DNA from: Lophium mytilinum
Taxonomy: Eukaryota
DNA length: 64,000 nt
NCBI GenBank assembly: GCA_010093605.1
Contig: MU004187.1
Location: forward strand, 1,186,018 to 1,250,017
Reading direction: 5' to 3'
Under the pieces are notes generated by a model. It saw only the letters and a list, made by a program, of their open reading frames with translations, ran no database searches and was not told where the DNA came from. This document shows, piece after piece, positions 13,092 through 24,739 of this stretch (within the stretch, counting starts at the first letter, position 1; each line of letters begins with the position of its first letter). The position numbers and the translations under genes are program-made.

Positions 13092-13457
13092 GGCCGCAAG
13101 TCTGGGCACACCTAACTGGCACTGATTGGCTTCAGTATTGCTCACTCGACACCACTGTAGGGGGTAGCCTGGCTGCTAAGGAGCTACGTAGTCAAGAGGC
13201 TGTCTAACCTGCACTGCTTAAAACTCAACACCGCCTTTAGTTCTTTGAAATCCTATAACACGTGGATCTATTACTGCTAGGCTCTAATATTGCTTAATTA
13301 ACACCACCGTAGGGGGTAGCCTGGCTGCGAAGCAGCTAGTTAGTTAAGAGGCAGTCTAATCTGCACTGTGTAAAAGTCGACATTGCTTATAGATCTTCTA
13401 AATCCTTGGGGGGGGTGCCCCTAGCAGTGGCGAACCAGTGTGCCCAAACTTGTGGCC
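13092..13457. mobile_element. MITE copy 1 (20-bp TIRs; non-autonomous, Tc1/mariner-like)
   Basis: GGCCGCAAGTCTGGGCACAC (13092-13111) pairs with GTGTGCCCAAACTTGTGGCC (13438-13457) at 18/20. TA on the left flank. Two internal ~90-bp direct repeats. Confidence 0.8.
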
Positions 13458-13573
13458 TCTCGCTGTAAATAGAGGTCTCGTCTGAGCTTCAATGGAAACG
13501 CTTCCATTCACCACCCTCTGGGGCGAACATAACCCTGGACATTGATGTCGTGGCTTCAAGCATTACAGTCCTA

Positions 13574-13914
13574 GGCCACAAGTCTGGGCACACTCGGCTC
13601 CAACTTGCCCACTCAACACTACTGTTGGGGGTAGCCTGGTTGTTGCTTAGCCAGTCAGTCAAGAGAAAGTCTAATATGTACTGCTTGAACCTTTATATTA
13701 ATAGTTCTGGGCTATAAGTTCGAGCATTGAAAACTATTTACTCTATCTTTGATTACTTAACACTACTGTTAGGAGTAGCTTGGTAGCTGCATAGCTGGTT
13801 AGTTAAGAGAGAGTCTAATCTGCACTGCTTGAAGCTTAACATCACCCTTGAGCCCTCTAAACCCTGCGAGGGTACCCCGAGCAGTGGCATACTAGTGTGC
13901 CCAGACTTACGGCC
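13574..13914. mobile_element. MITE copy 2 (same family, TA on both sides)
   Basis: GGCCACAAGTCTGGGCACAC (13574-13593) pairs with GTGTGCCCAGACTTACGGCC (13895-13914). TA at 13572-13573 and 13915-13916. Same internal repeat dimer as copy 1. Confidence 0.85.
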
Positions 13915-13958
13915 TATCATTATATTTACCGCCGCTAATATACTTAGGGGAGGCATAC

Positions 13959-14202
13959 CGAGGAAGAAGAACAGGATGCCAAGCAGGACTGAAGGGATGA
14001 TCGAGGGGCCCATTCCATGAGAAAGAGCGATGAAGACAGAATTGGCCGTGCGGATGAGGAGAATCCCAAGCATGCAGATGCGGCGGAGCATGACCTCGCG
14101 GTTCGAGACGAAGGGGTTGAAGCTGGCTACTCACAAGCGCATGCTGGGGCAAGTGAGTTTGTCATCGTGGGGAGGTAGTTCTACTCCGTTGTAGGTAATC
14201 AT
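13959..14202 (-). pseudogene. Probable pseudogene or truncated 5' exon of a membrane protein
   Basis: MITYNGVELPPHDDKLTCPSMRL*VASFNPFVSNREVMLRRICMLGILLIRTANSVFIAL...LLGILFFFL is one frame with one TGA (14133-14131). A GTATGC donor follows, then the MITE. Confidence 0.45.
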
Positions 14203-14232
14203 GTTGTCGGGGGCTGGAATAAGTGCTAATGG

Positions 14233-14340
14233 TGATATACGTCTAGGCTTAATGATATACGTCGAGGCTTAATGATATACGTCGAGGCTTAATGATATAC
14301 GTCGAGGCTTGATGATATACGTCGAGATTTGATGATAAAC
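14233..14340. repeat. 20-bp minisatellite (TGATATACGTCGAGGCTTAA), about 5.4 copies
   Basis: Five near-identical units plus a partial sixth, directly visible. Confidence 0.95.
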
Positions 14341-14744
14341 CTACCTAGCTTAATTATGTAGCAGGCTCCATTTGCACTTACCACAGTGAAGCCTCATAAT
14401 TAGCGGCAGAAATGCGCAAGCGGGCTTTGATGAAGCACTAAATGTTGACTGTTAGCATGCTATGCTACACATAGACAGTATCGTTGTCGCTCGGCCTTGC
14501 GTATTGTGAGCTGTACCTCTCCGCTGATCGCCATGATATTCCTTTAGTACAAAAGCAAGACCGCAATACCATGTCCCTTCCTTTTCCACACCTTCGAAAG
14601 ACGCTCGAATACCATACCCTGCCGAGAACCTCAATAAAGTATCGCTGCCCCTAGTAGCTGCAACCAGTCAAAGCCATAACCACAGCTACGGCTAAGCGCC
14701 TCTTCCTACGAAACATCTACTTTCCCATAGCCTCGACCTCAAAA

Positions 14745-14903
14745 ATGGTCGCTCGCGAGTTTTCCGCATCGGTGGTGCTGGAAAACCAAGTCGGTCTGGT
14801 GTGCTGCGGCTGTGCCCGTCACTGGTTTCTGCAGAGAGGCCTGAGTGCATGTCCTAACTGTGGGCATAGCTGGTGCTCGTCATGCCAAGCTTGGCAGAGG
14901 TAG
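14745..14903 (+). CDS. 52-aa Cys/His-rich putative zinc-binding microprotein
   Basis: AAAA-ATG-G start context. MVAREFSASVVLENQVGLVCCGCARHWFLQRGLSACPNCGHSWCSSCQAWQR* carries CCxC...CxxCxHxxCxxC. Confidence 0.6.
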   Translation: MVAREFSASVVLENQVGLVCCGCARHWFLQRGLSACPNCGHSWCSSCQAWQR

Positions 14904-17130
14904 ACAGGCCGCATATAGTGCTAATGATCTGTTAAATAAATTAAAACGGGGAGTTTTCCCAGCTCTGACTAAATGATGCTGGCGCTGAAGTGGGGAGACA
15001 GTGATGTGTTAGAAACCTGGACTCTTAAGACTATAGATAATTTGACTGCAATAGGCCCTGTTGACTGGTATACACTGCGCACTCGATCCTGTTTCAGCCA
15101 AGGAAAGTGGTCTATGATTTAAGCTTCGAACTGAGCAAGCTAAAGGCTAGGCTGGCCACGTCTGGATTGCTGGCTGGCATACCATGTCTGTAGCCGAGAC
15201 GTGTTCTTCTGTGGATGTAGCACCGCCTCGAAAAAGGTGGTACGTATCGGAGATTTGGCGTGGTGGTGGCGCCTGCCAAGCTGTGCCTGAGGCGGAGCAA
15301 GTTTGATACGGAATCCTTCGTTCACCCCATAGAAAATGACATAAGGAAGGGGGAAACGAGGCTTTGTGAAGAAGATGTCCTCGAAATGCTTCATACAAAG
15401 AGAAAGAATTGTGAACATTGAGTTCGATCTTTCAGGTTCAAGCCTCAATCTTAATGGGGTGATCTGTGGTGTAGATACATAGTGGGGTTGAAAACGAGCG
15501 CGCTTTCGCGATGTTTCAGATCAGCTATACCCTCTAACCTGAGAGCGGTTAGGTGTTTTGAAGACTGAAGCTTATCGAGGTAGTGCTGGGGTATTGTACA
15601 GTAGCTAGTCACGCTAGCTTGAACAGCTCGACCTCGACTCATGACATGCTGCATGTGGTCAGTATGGCTGTCTTGGATGCGGCGGCGTTCTGCGCTGCAT
15701 CAGGCTAGCTCGTTGACCGTAGGACTGATTCTCAAAGCCTGGAGACGTATTACTATCAAATGCGGATATTTACAAGGCTTACGCGGCGTTGATGCGTTGG
15801 TGAAATGCACAGTATGAACGAGGTAGTGGATCGACGCAGGACGACGTAGCGCAAGGCATACTTGCTAGCGTGCTAACATTCCCTAGAAATCGACGAAGAG
15901 GTACCCACACCGACTATTACTCCGAGAAGCTTTTTTCGGCAAGGAAGAACTAGACCCTTGGTAGGCAAAGTTGCTATTGCGTGTATTGACTTGTGAGATG
16001 AACCAAATTGATCATTTACTTGCAGACTGACTCATAGTCTCTGGTACGCCGCAAGTAGTGATATAGACTGGCAATGTAGTCGACTTGGCCAAGTGATGCA
16101 AGGGAATAGCGATTCGCAGCCTGGCGGGACGACATGAGATAGTATCCATGGAGCTGGGTCCTCTGTAATGGAGATTACCTGGGTTTGGGATATGGTACGC
16201 AGCTGGGCCCCTGAAGTGGTCTCGGAAGCCGAAGCTTTTGTTAACGTGGAGAAGATACTGTGTTCAACACCACAAGCCTGCGTGAGCAGGTCTGCATAGA
16301 GGCGGGCTTGGCAGCGGGGCTTGGAGTCGTTGTGAGTGAGACAGCGGCGCTGGGACGACGAAGCGGGCGGGCTCCATCTTAGGGCAGAACCAGCCACACC
16401 GGCTGCAGACGGCAGCGGGTAGATGTAGCTATCGTGCTATTTTTGGCGCATCTCTCAACTGCCACCCCACATAGCTTTGTACTGTACATACATATCAGCC
16501 GTGGCCAGGCACAGCACTCGAAATTGGCGGACGGTGCCTCGGGGTGGACAGACAGCGGGCAGAGGGGCGGCACATCGAGCCCTTCAGCAGTGGAATCTGA
16601 GGGCTCACAGGGCTCACAGGGCACCTCGGCCAGGGCTTTCAGGCCGCCATTTTGACCCCGATCGGTGCTCAGCCCCGGCAATTCTGTCGCCAGCTCCAGC
16701 CTCGTACCTTCTCAAGCGCGCGCTGTGCGTGCAATCCTTCGAGCTAGCCTCGAAGCCTGTCTGCCTGCGCAATACGCAGGCACTGTCCATGAAACCAACA
16801 CCTTACTTCATCCTCCAAATACCCAACATCATCATCAACGTCCAAAGCACCACTCGTTTGCCGCTGAATCGCTGCCAAAGGGCCCTGTCGCACAGCATCC
16901 GCGCCGCACCGCAACAGACCCGCCCTCCCGGAACACCTGCTAGGCTGACTCTGCATCTTGAGCTGAGCCTCAAGTCGTCGCCGCCTGTGAACTCGATCCA
17001 CCAACTCTGCACACTTCGCTCGTTACCGCTATAACCCGCTCTTGCTGCATGCACGCTCTGTGACCTCACGGCGGGCGCGACTGATCTCAAGATCCCCCAC
17101 TGCGCCAACGACTCCCCCGCAACGGTACCA

Positions 17131-18252
17131 ATGCGCGCGAACACCCCGAACTACCGCAACTTGGACGAATTGACTCCCGACCGGGACCTGGTGCCCGTGA
17201 GTGACACTCTACCGTGTGCTTGAATTGCAGTGCTGACCCAGCCAGTGGTATTGGCGCCTCATAGCTTTCGCTGCATCATGGATGATACTCGGAGGGTGCG
17301 TACACGTCCAAAGTACTTTCAAAAGTACCCACGAGCCTTGCTGACATTTCCCAGATACCTCATTCTTCCTGCTCTCTACGATGACAACCCCAAGTTGCGC
17401 TTCAGCAAGACAGTCATCAGCGTTCTTGTCGTCGTGCTTCTCACCGCAGGCTACTCCTTCACCGCGCTTCTCTGCTTTGCCTGCCGTAATGAGATGTTCC
17501 AGGCCGAGGCCATATTCCTGTAAGCACAGTCCTAGGAGTATCGCCGGCTCTATGCTAATTCCCATCCCAGACCCTCCCTCGCATCCTCTGCCCTCGGCCT
17601 CCTCACCATCCTATACAACTTCGTCTCCAGCACGCGCTACACTTGGAACACCGCTGCCATCATAGCAACAGTACTCTCCAGCATTTCCACAGTCACATAC
17701 GGCCTCCTTCTGATCTGGACGCACCGCCGCATCCTCAAAATCCGCGAATCCAACAACTCCCGCTCGCAAAACATGTGGTCGGACCCCTCCTTCTACTCCA
17801 ACTTCATCCAGAACATGTACCCCTCGGCACGAGCCCCGAGCGACCGCCCGCCGCTCTCCGAAGACGACCTCGTCAACCAGCAAATGGCCATGCTGCTCAT
17901 GAAATCCGATTCCGGCCCCTCCCCCGACGCGTCCCAATCCACCTTCCGCATCGATCTCCCAGAAGACCGCGAAGAGCGAGAACGGCTCGCGAATAGCGCC
18001 GAGCTGCTCGCCACACCCACCCTCTCCCACCACAACAACCGCGGCCGCTCCCTCAGCGTCAACAACTCCCCGAACCCCGGCTACGACCGCGGCGCCTGGG
18101 AGCGCCGCATGGAAGACGGCCGCGGCCGGAGCGATATACGGCCCACGCCTAGTCAAGTATCTGGCGGGCACTCACGGGCCGTGAGTCGGGAAGAGCGACG
18201 GCGGGAGATTGAGCTAGGGGCGTATCCGAGCCAGCGAAGCAACGGAAGCTAA
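17131..18252 (+). CDS. Hypothetical fungal multi-pass membrane protein with a disordered C-tail
   Basis: Three GT-AG introns join MRANTP...VP/WYWRLIAFAASWMILG/GYLILP...AIFL/PSLASSALGLLTIL..., giving about 4 hydrophobic segments. Confidence 0.8.
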
Positions 18253-19073
18253 GTTCGGCTAGTTTGTAACGAAAAGACATATATGTGACATTGAGCTCGG
18301 CGCTGGCAGGATTTTGGAATATTGTTTGCGTTTTGGACTACTAATGAAGGGCGAACCTGGGCATTTGGCGCGTTCGGCGTACGAACTGATGTGTTTATGG
18401 AATCTTGAAGCAGGAAATGAGATCTAGGATGGAATGTTTGGGGGGGGGCGGCTGGAAAAGACCGGCTAAGGTTGCATGTAGTTGGCACTATATCTAGGAC
18501 TGAAATCATGTCGCACCACAGGGCCGATCCCAGTTTTTGACTTTGAGTGGAAGAACGCCGGTGGCTTTGTATGTGATTGGAGCCGTTATGCCACCTGCCG
18601 CTTCATCCCGAAATACTTATCAAGAGGTGAAGTAAGCTGGCACGTGATAAGCATAGGGCCCCTGTCTCTTCTCTTCTACTTGGCTCAGGTTTAACCCCAG
18701 GACATTTCAATCGAAGCTCAGTTTTGGCCTATCCAAGATCAAGAACTTATATAAGCATGCCCGAGGCTCATCGAGCCACCTTGTGGAGCATCTATGCTAG
18801 TATCGAATAGGGGTAAAGAACGAGTTCAAGACAGAATCAATTTAGCAAAAGCACTCCAAAGCCAATACAACTGTTACTACATTGAGATCAAAAAAGAGCT
18901 ATCTCAGAGCCAACTCCTCGCACCCATTTTAGTGATCCACCAAAAGTAGCCCACATACGCTCCAAGAAATGCAAAGAGAGAAGCCTGTATCAACTTTGGA
19001 TTTTCCCAGATATGCTTCAGAAGAAAGGAATATGAAAGACTCAGTAAGCTACTACCACAATCGAACCGCGCTC

Positions 19074-22000
19074 TCATCGCCTCATAGGTCCACCGCCGCC
19101 ACCGACTGCGGGCCGCCCACCCCCAGCCTGCATCGTCTGCATCTGCATCTTGAACCCGTTCTTCAGCGACTTCATGTCTGGGTACTGCGAGCCCTGGAGC
19201 TCGAAGCCGCGCGGGACGACCTTGACCGGCCAGGTGCCTAGCTGCGCCGCTTGGCCGGCTTTGTAGCAGAGGAAGAAGTAGCCCGGGTACTTCGGGTTGA
19301 TGCAGAAGGCGTACATGGATCGCTTGGGGTTGGCTTCGGTGTAAGTGCACAGCCATTGTTCTACATTACGCATGTTAGCATTGTTCGAGAGTGTCATGCG
19401 AGTGGACATAGCTAGCTTACCTGTTTGTGCCTTGCTACCTTTCTGGTAGCGCTCGTCCTTCATCATCTCGGTGACCTTCTTCGCCATAGCTTCCACGTGG
19501 CCGACAATCAGCTCGTCCAGATCGCTATATGTCATGCGGCCGACCCTGAGCGTCTTGCCTAGCGAGTACTCGTTCTCTTTATCCATCTCGAGGACATCGA
19601 GATGCTGGTAGACGTTGTCCGCGACTTTCCACGTGACAGCAAGATGATCAAGCCCCTTGGATGAGGGTCGAATGACAAGCTCGCCCGGCTCTTTCCCGCC
19701 GAGATACTCTTCTGCCTGTGGGGTGTTGAATGCGAAGAAAAGGGGATGGTTGACAACACGATGCGCGCGTCCCGTGACAGTCTCCTTTTCCTTCTCAGCA
19801 GCTTTCTTGTCATCAGCCTCTTGCCGGTCGTCCCATTCGCCAGGCAGGCGATCAATCTCCTTGCGGAAAGGTCGTTTAAGTAGATCATTTCGAAAAGTAA
19901 GCTGCGCCGTGAGCGCTTTGCGATTGATGAACAAGATCTTAGCCGGTACCGTCTGATGGATTTGATAATAGTGGCGAGGCTCGATTCCTGCGCCACCAAC
20001 TCCTTCAGGGTACTCCGACTCTGAGACGCCACCATCGATTCCGCAATCTAGCTTGACTTCGATGTGATCCGGGAAGGTTCGCTTGATGGAAACCGGTACT
20101 ATCATACCCTCAGTAAGAGACTCGCGGGTCTCGCCGGTGAGCATCGTGAAGACTTCGTCAGTTGACATGATCGAGAAGGCGCGTCGAATCTCTTCGTATG
20201 CAACCATAAGCTCGGCACGAATAGTCTCTAGTGTTGCCCGCTTGCGAATCTCAAGGTTCTTCTCAATCTGCTCCGCGTACGCTTCCAGAATGAGGTCCTG
20301 GACTCGCTCATTGGCGTCTTCTCGAATCATCTTGCGAATAACACCGCTGGGACCGTACTCGTCGCACTCGCCCTTCACGTCTTCTTCGTCCATCTCCATA
20401 GCGTCAGCAGCCATTTTTCGGCCCAGATCGTAATCCTCTGGGTGCACTCTAGTATTGTCAAGATAGTCTGATTCTGCCTCTTGGCCGTCGTAGCGAATAT
20501 AGAGGAAGCTAGCGCAGTTTTGGAAGACTTTGGCAGCCATGGCTGGGCGAAGTTCTCGATCGGTCGCATAGCCACATAGTTCACCGCGAGAGTATACCTC
20601 GCCACCCTGGATGTTGTGAGCTACGGTGTTTAGAACTTTTGGCATTTGTACTTACATTCATATTAATGGTCTTTAGAACATCGTCGGCCTTTCGAGGACC
20701 TAGACCGCAGATGTACGGCAGAAGGTTCGCGAGGTAGGGATCGCTCACGGCTTCGTTGATCTCTACGCCAACGAGGTTTACCATATCCACCATGGCCGAA
20801 TCCAAGCGGGCAAGGAGCTTGTCTTGCGGTAAGAGATTCTGGTTGGGGACGAATGGTATCGACACGATGTCTTTTTGAAGAGCCGCATACTCTTGCAGGG
20901 GGCTCTGGAGATACCTTGCAAGACCAATGCAATATTTGGTGAGAGGCGGGTAGGTGGGGAACTCCTTATCAGCGCGTGCGCTATTATAGTAGAGCCTTGC
21001 TACCTCGTCGTTGATCATGAAGACTTCAAGAAGATCGGACTTTTCTTCGTCTTCGTCGTTCGGGTCAGTATACTCCGGGCCCCGCAGGTCGTATGCCTCG
21101 ATGATAGCCTCCAAGTCCTTGACGAGGCGTTTCGTTTCCGTCGAGAGTCCGCTCACGCCAATAACGTCAGGCTTGCGGCGTCGTACGATCTCACAAAAGT
21201 TGACGACATCTTTGCCATCAGGGATATATCTCTCGGGATTACCAATTCGAAGATCTGCAAACTTGCCTTGCTCTTGAACTCGACCGTCAGGCTCCAGATA
21301 TGCCCAGCAGATGGCGTCACCCCTGGCGGCGCGGCCGTTTGAGAGCGTCAGGACCCTAGGGACAGTACCGAGATCGGTACCCTTTGGCTTGTAAGGCGCT
21401 TGATCCAGCTTTTCATAGTACTTATCGCGAGCAGTTTTGCAAAGCTCATTTTCACACTCGGATCTAAGAGTCTCTTTCACGCCTCGAGACATGACCTTTT
21501 CCAATCTCGTGAGGGCACTGTCCAAGACATCACGTCTGAGGCTGTTCCAAGCATCGGCGGCCGCGCTCTGGTTGTCAGATACGATGAACTGATGTAGGTT
21601 CCGCTTGAACTTGTCGTAATCCACCATTCGAACCTTGACTTCTATCAGCCCTTCTTCTTCTGCCTTGAGCATCTTCAAGTACATTTCGGGCTGCCGACTG
21701 AGAGAGTGAAAGTCCTGACGACGGAGATACTTGAACTCGTAGTACGGATGGTCTTCTCCGATTTTACGAAGTCCTTTCTCGGTTCGAATGCAATCAACCA
21801 TACCGCTTTCGTAGAAGCTTTGGCGCAAGTACCTCCGCATGCGAGGACTCGCGACCAATTCCTCAACGTACATGGCTTTGGCTGCGCGCAGGACCTCTGC
21901 ACCAGTGTTGTACTCGGGCGGATCGATGAGCGAGTCAGCCATGTCATCAGGTGCCTCGGAAGGATCCTCGGTGAAGTGGCTTCGGCGTGAGGCTATTATA

Positions 22001-23625
22001 TTTTTCGCGACGTCGTCCGCGCTAATACCGAATGCGCGTACCATGGCATACGCCCTGCCTGCACGAACTTTCTCAAAGATATTACGGGAAGCTTGCGCCC
22101 GCTTTTGCGTTCCGTTGCTCTCCGACTCCAACAGACTGACGTCCTTCATCTCGGCAGAATATTGAAAATGAAGATAGTCCTGTATTTCCTGGATCTCTTC
22201 AATTGTCTGTACCTTGGCGACCATCTCTTCGAAAACAGGGTCCGTGATATTCGAGATATTTTGAAGAGCGTCATAGGATCGCTGCAGAGCATCTCGTTTC
22301 TCGGCGAGTGCTCGATATTTCATGTCTAGTTCAAAGATTTCCCAAAGATCATTCTGAACCAACAGCCTCTCTGGCCCAGCGTCCGGTGGAGGTTGATCGG
22401 CTTCGTTATCATCCGGGCTGTAATCGCCTCCGGCATGGATTAGGTAGTCTTTCCGATGCGTAAAGATGAAGGGAACTTCGTAATCTTCGATGGTGAGAAA
22501 CTCCAGGACCTTGTGTACAGCTCGCTCAAAGGGTTCGGCGAAGTATCGAGCCAACCTCTTCTTGGGCAAAATCAGGGTCGTGATCCAATGCGCTTCTTCT
22601 TTCAGGCGTGCCTTCATTTGATCTGGCGTGAGGTTGAGGGTCTTGAAAGGCTTTCGTGCCAGTTGCAGACGTTCCGGGACGTCAATCTTCCTGATCTCCA
22701 TGTCTTCATCTGTAATCAACCTCTCCTCTAGCTGGGCAGGTTCGAAGACATCCTGGAGTTTAATCTCACGACCTTCTCCTTGCTCTTTCTCATCGGCTTG
22801 CATTTGCAGATCAATCGCCCAGTCGTATTCAGTTCCATCTCCAAAGGCGGCGCGGAAGTCTTCCTCTGCAGCTTCATCCAGCCCGGCTGCCTGTAGTCCT
22901 GAAAGCCCAGGAAGCCCAGACATTCCCGGTCTAGCTACCTCTCGGTCCTCCTCGAGTTCTCGTTGTATGTCATCTTCAAATTCGTCTTCATCAATGAAGT
23001 CGGCAAACTCATCGACAAGTCCCCCGCGCGGCTCTCGGTGTCGGTCAATGGCATCATCCCCCAGGCCTTCCTCGTCGTCGGAGAATATTTCATTGACACC
23101 GCGGGCTTCCTGCGTCGGCCGATCGTCCTTGTGTCCACGCTTCAAACGCTTATACTTTGACTGGGATTGAATCAGCGGTTATGCCAGCGCAGCAATAGAC
23201 ATCCTGTCCTCACCTTTGACGGTTGTCGGGCCTCGTATTGTGGGTTCGCTTCGCCGATGAGGTCCAAATCTTCGTCATCGAGGATGTCAACCTCCTCCCG
23301 TTCCCGTCGGCGCTTCTTCTTTAAGCGACGACGCTCCGTCTGCTCGTCCTCGTCCTCGTCTTCGTCAACTATGAAGCCTTCGCGGACCTACGTGAAAGGG
23401 TCAGAGATCAGCAGGAAAACCTTCTCCAGACATGCTCAGCCTGGCCGGAAAGAAACTTACGCGCCTGGCGGCCTCCTCATCATCGTCGTCTTCCTCTTCT
23501 TCACTGGAATCATCTACAGCGCCGTTTGTGCCATTCGACTTCTTTCGCACGTCCCCAGCCACCTCATCAAAATCCTCATCCTCTTCGCTACCTAGCTCGG
23601 CAGTGTCGTCAAAAAATTCGTTCAT
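19074..23625 (-). CDS. SPT6: Transcription elongation factor / histone chaperone Spt6
   Basis: Acidic N-terminus ([15 protein letters not shown]), DVPERLQL, YqgF and HhH (GLGPRKA) regions, [12 protein letters not shown]1 and tandem SH2 ([11 protein letters not shown]). Confidence 0.97.
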
Positions 23626-24739
23626 GGCGGAAAACTCCTGATGGGGACAAAGAAAGTTCAGGGAGGTTGTCGAGTCGGAGAGGGCGATGGATCGGAAGTG
23701 AAGAGTTGAGGAAGAAGGCGGTTGGAAAGCGCACTGTGGCCTGGATGATGAGAGTGTAGCAGGCGGCGAGGCGAGTGGATTCGAGAAGAGGGTCGTCACG
23801 TTGAGTCGCGTCGCAGGAGCTCAAAGCGCTGAGATGGATCTCGAAGAGTGCCAAGCGATGTCGGGCCGGCTATAAATCCGAGCACAAAACATCCAAAGCT
23901 GTTTACCGCGAAATCCGGAGTTTGGTCGGCAAAACCTGTGTAACTTTATATCTTCACCCTGCGATTTACCACCGCGCTTAGCTTCACGACATGGGATCAA
24001 GCTTCGTTGCACAATGCATGCGTGGCTTTCAACAGCGTCTCGGTGCTGGGGCGCTCTACAACGGCCTCTACACCGCGGCCGGCTTGCGGGAGCTTTTTAT
24101 AGCCCATGCGCTATGCTTGAACAAGCGTGAAGCAGAGTCACTGGAGTTTCTAGGCATGAAGTGAAACACAGGTCCAGACGGCTGCAGCGGCAGGTACAAT
24201 ACGTAGCACGCCTATTCAAGCTATTCAGGGCACAATACTTGGTCGACAATAGCTTCAATCACAATACGATTTCGCCGACAATAGCTATTGTGCTGCTCGC
24301 GCCTCTTATTGCCCTTTACTCCTTTCCTCCCCGCCAACACCCCGCAACTCTCTTGTCTTCCGACTTCCTTCATCACGCCTACCTACGCACAGCTCTCTGA
24401 GCACAGCAGCGCTCTCCACGACTATCGGCTACGACCTCATCGGGCAGCAATCCTGTCACCGTGCTGCAAAGCCAACCTCACGGCTGTCCCGAAAGCGTTA
24501 AACTCAATATTCGCGGCGACCCTGTCTTTGAGACCGCCATCCTGATTGGCGAAGCACTTCATCCTATCCTGGGCGGCAAAGACGAAACACACGACGCCGC
24601 TGTCCTGATCCCTTCTCTTTGACCACCGCGCAGGTTTCACGTCGACGCTCGAACCCTTTGGGAGACCGCGTATACCTCCACTACCTCCTCTTGACTCTCC
24701 ACTGCCATCATACCACTGCGGCAATCCGCGACCGACAAA

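Noticed and set aside
13144..13845. Four interspaced ~90-bp repeats as a repeat-spacer array
   Set aside because: They lie inside two TIR-bounded elements and are better explained as MITE internal modules.
14233..14340. CRISPR-like array
   Set aside because: Units are contiguous with no unique spacers, no cas genes, and the context is eukaryotic.
15112..15654. Degraded gene fragment on the minus strand (short ORFs 15140-15448 and 15451-15654)
   Set aside because: Protein-like in places but no recognisable motif or consistent exon structure.
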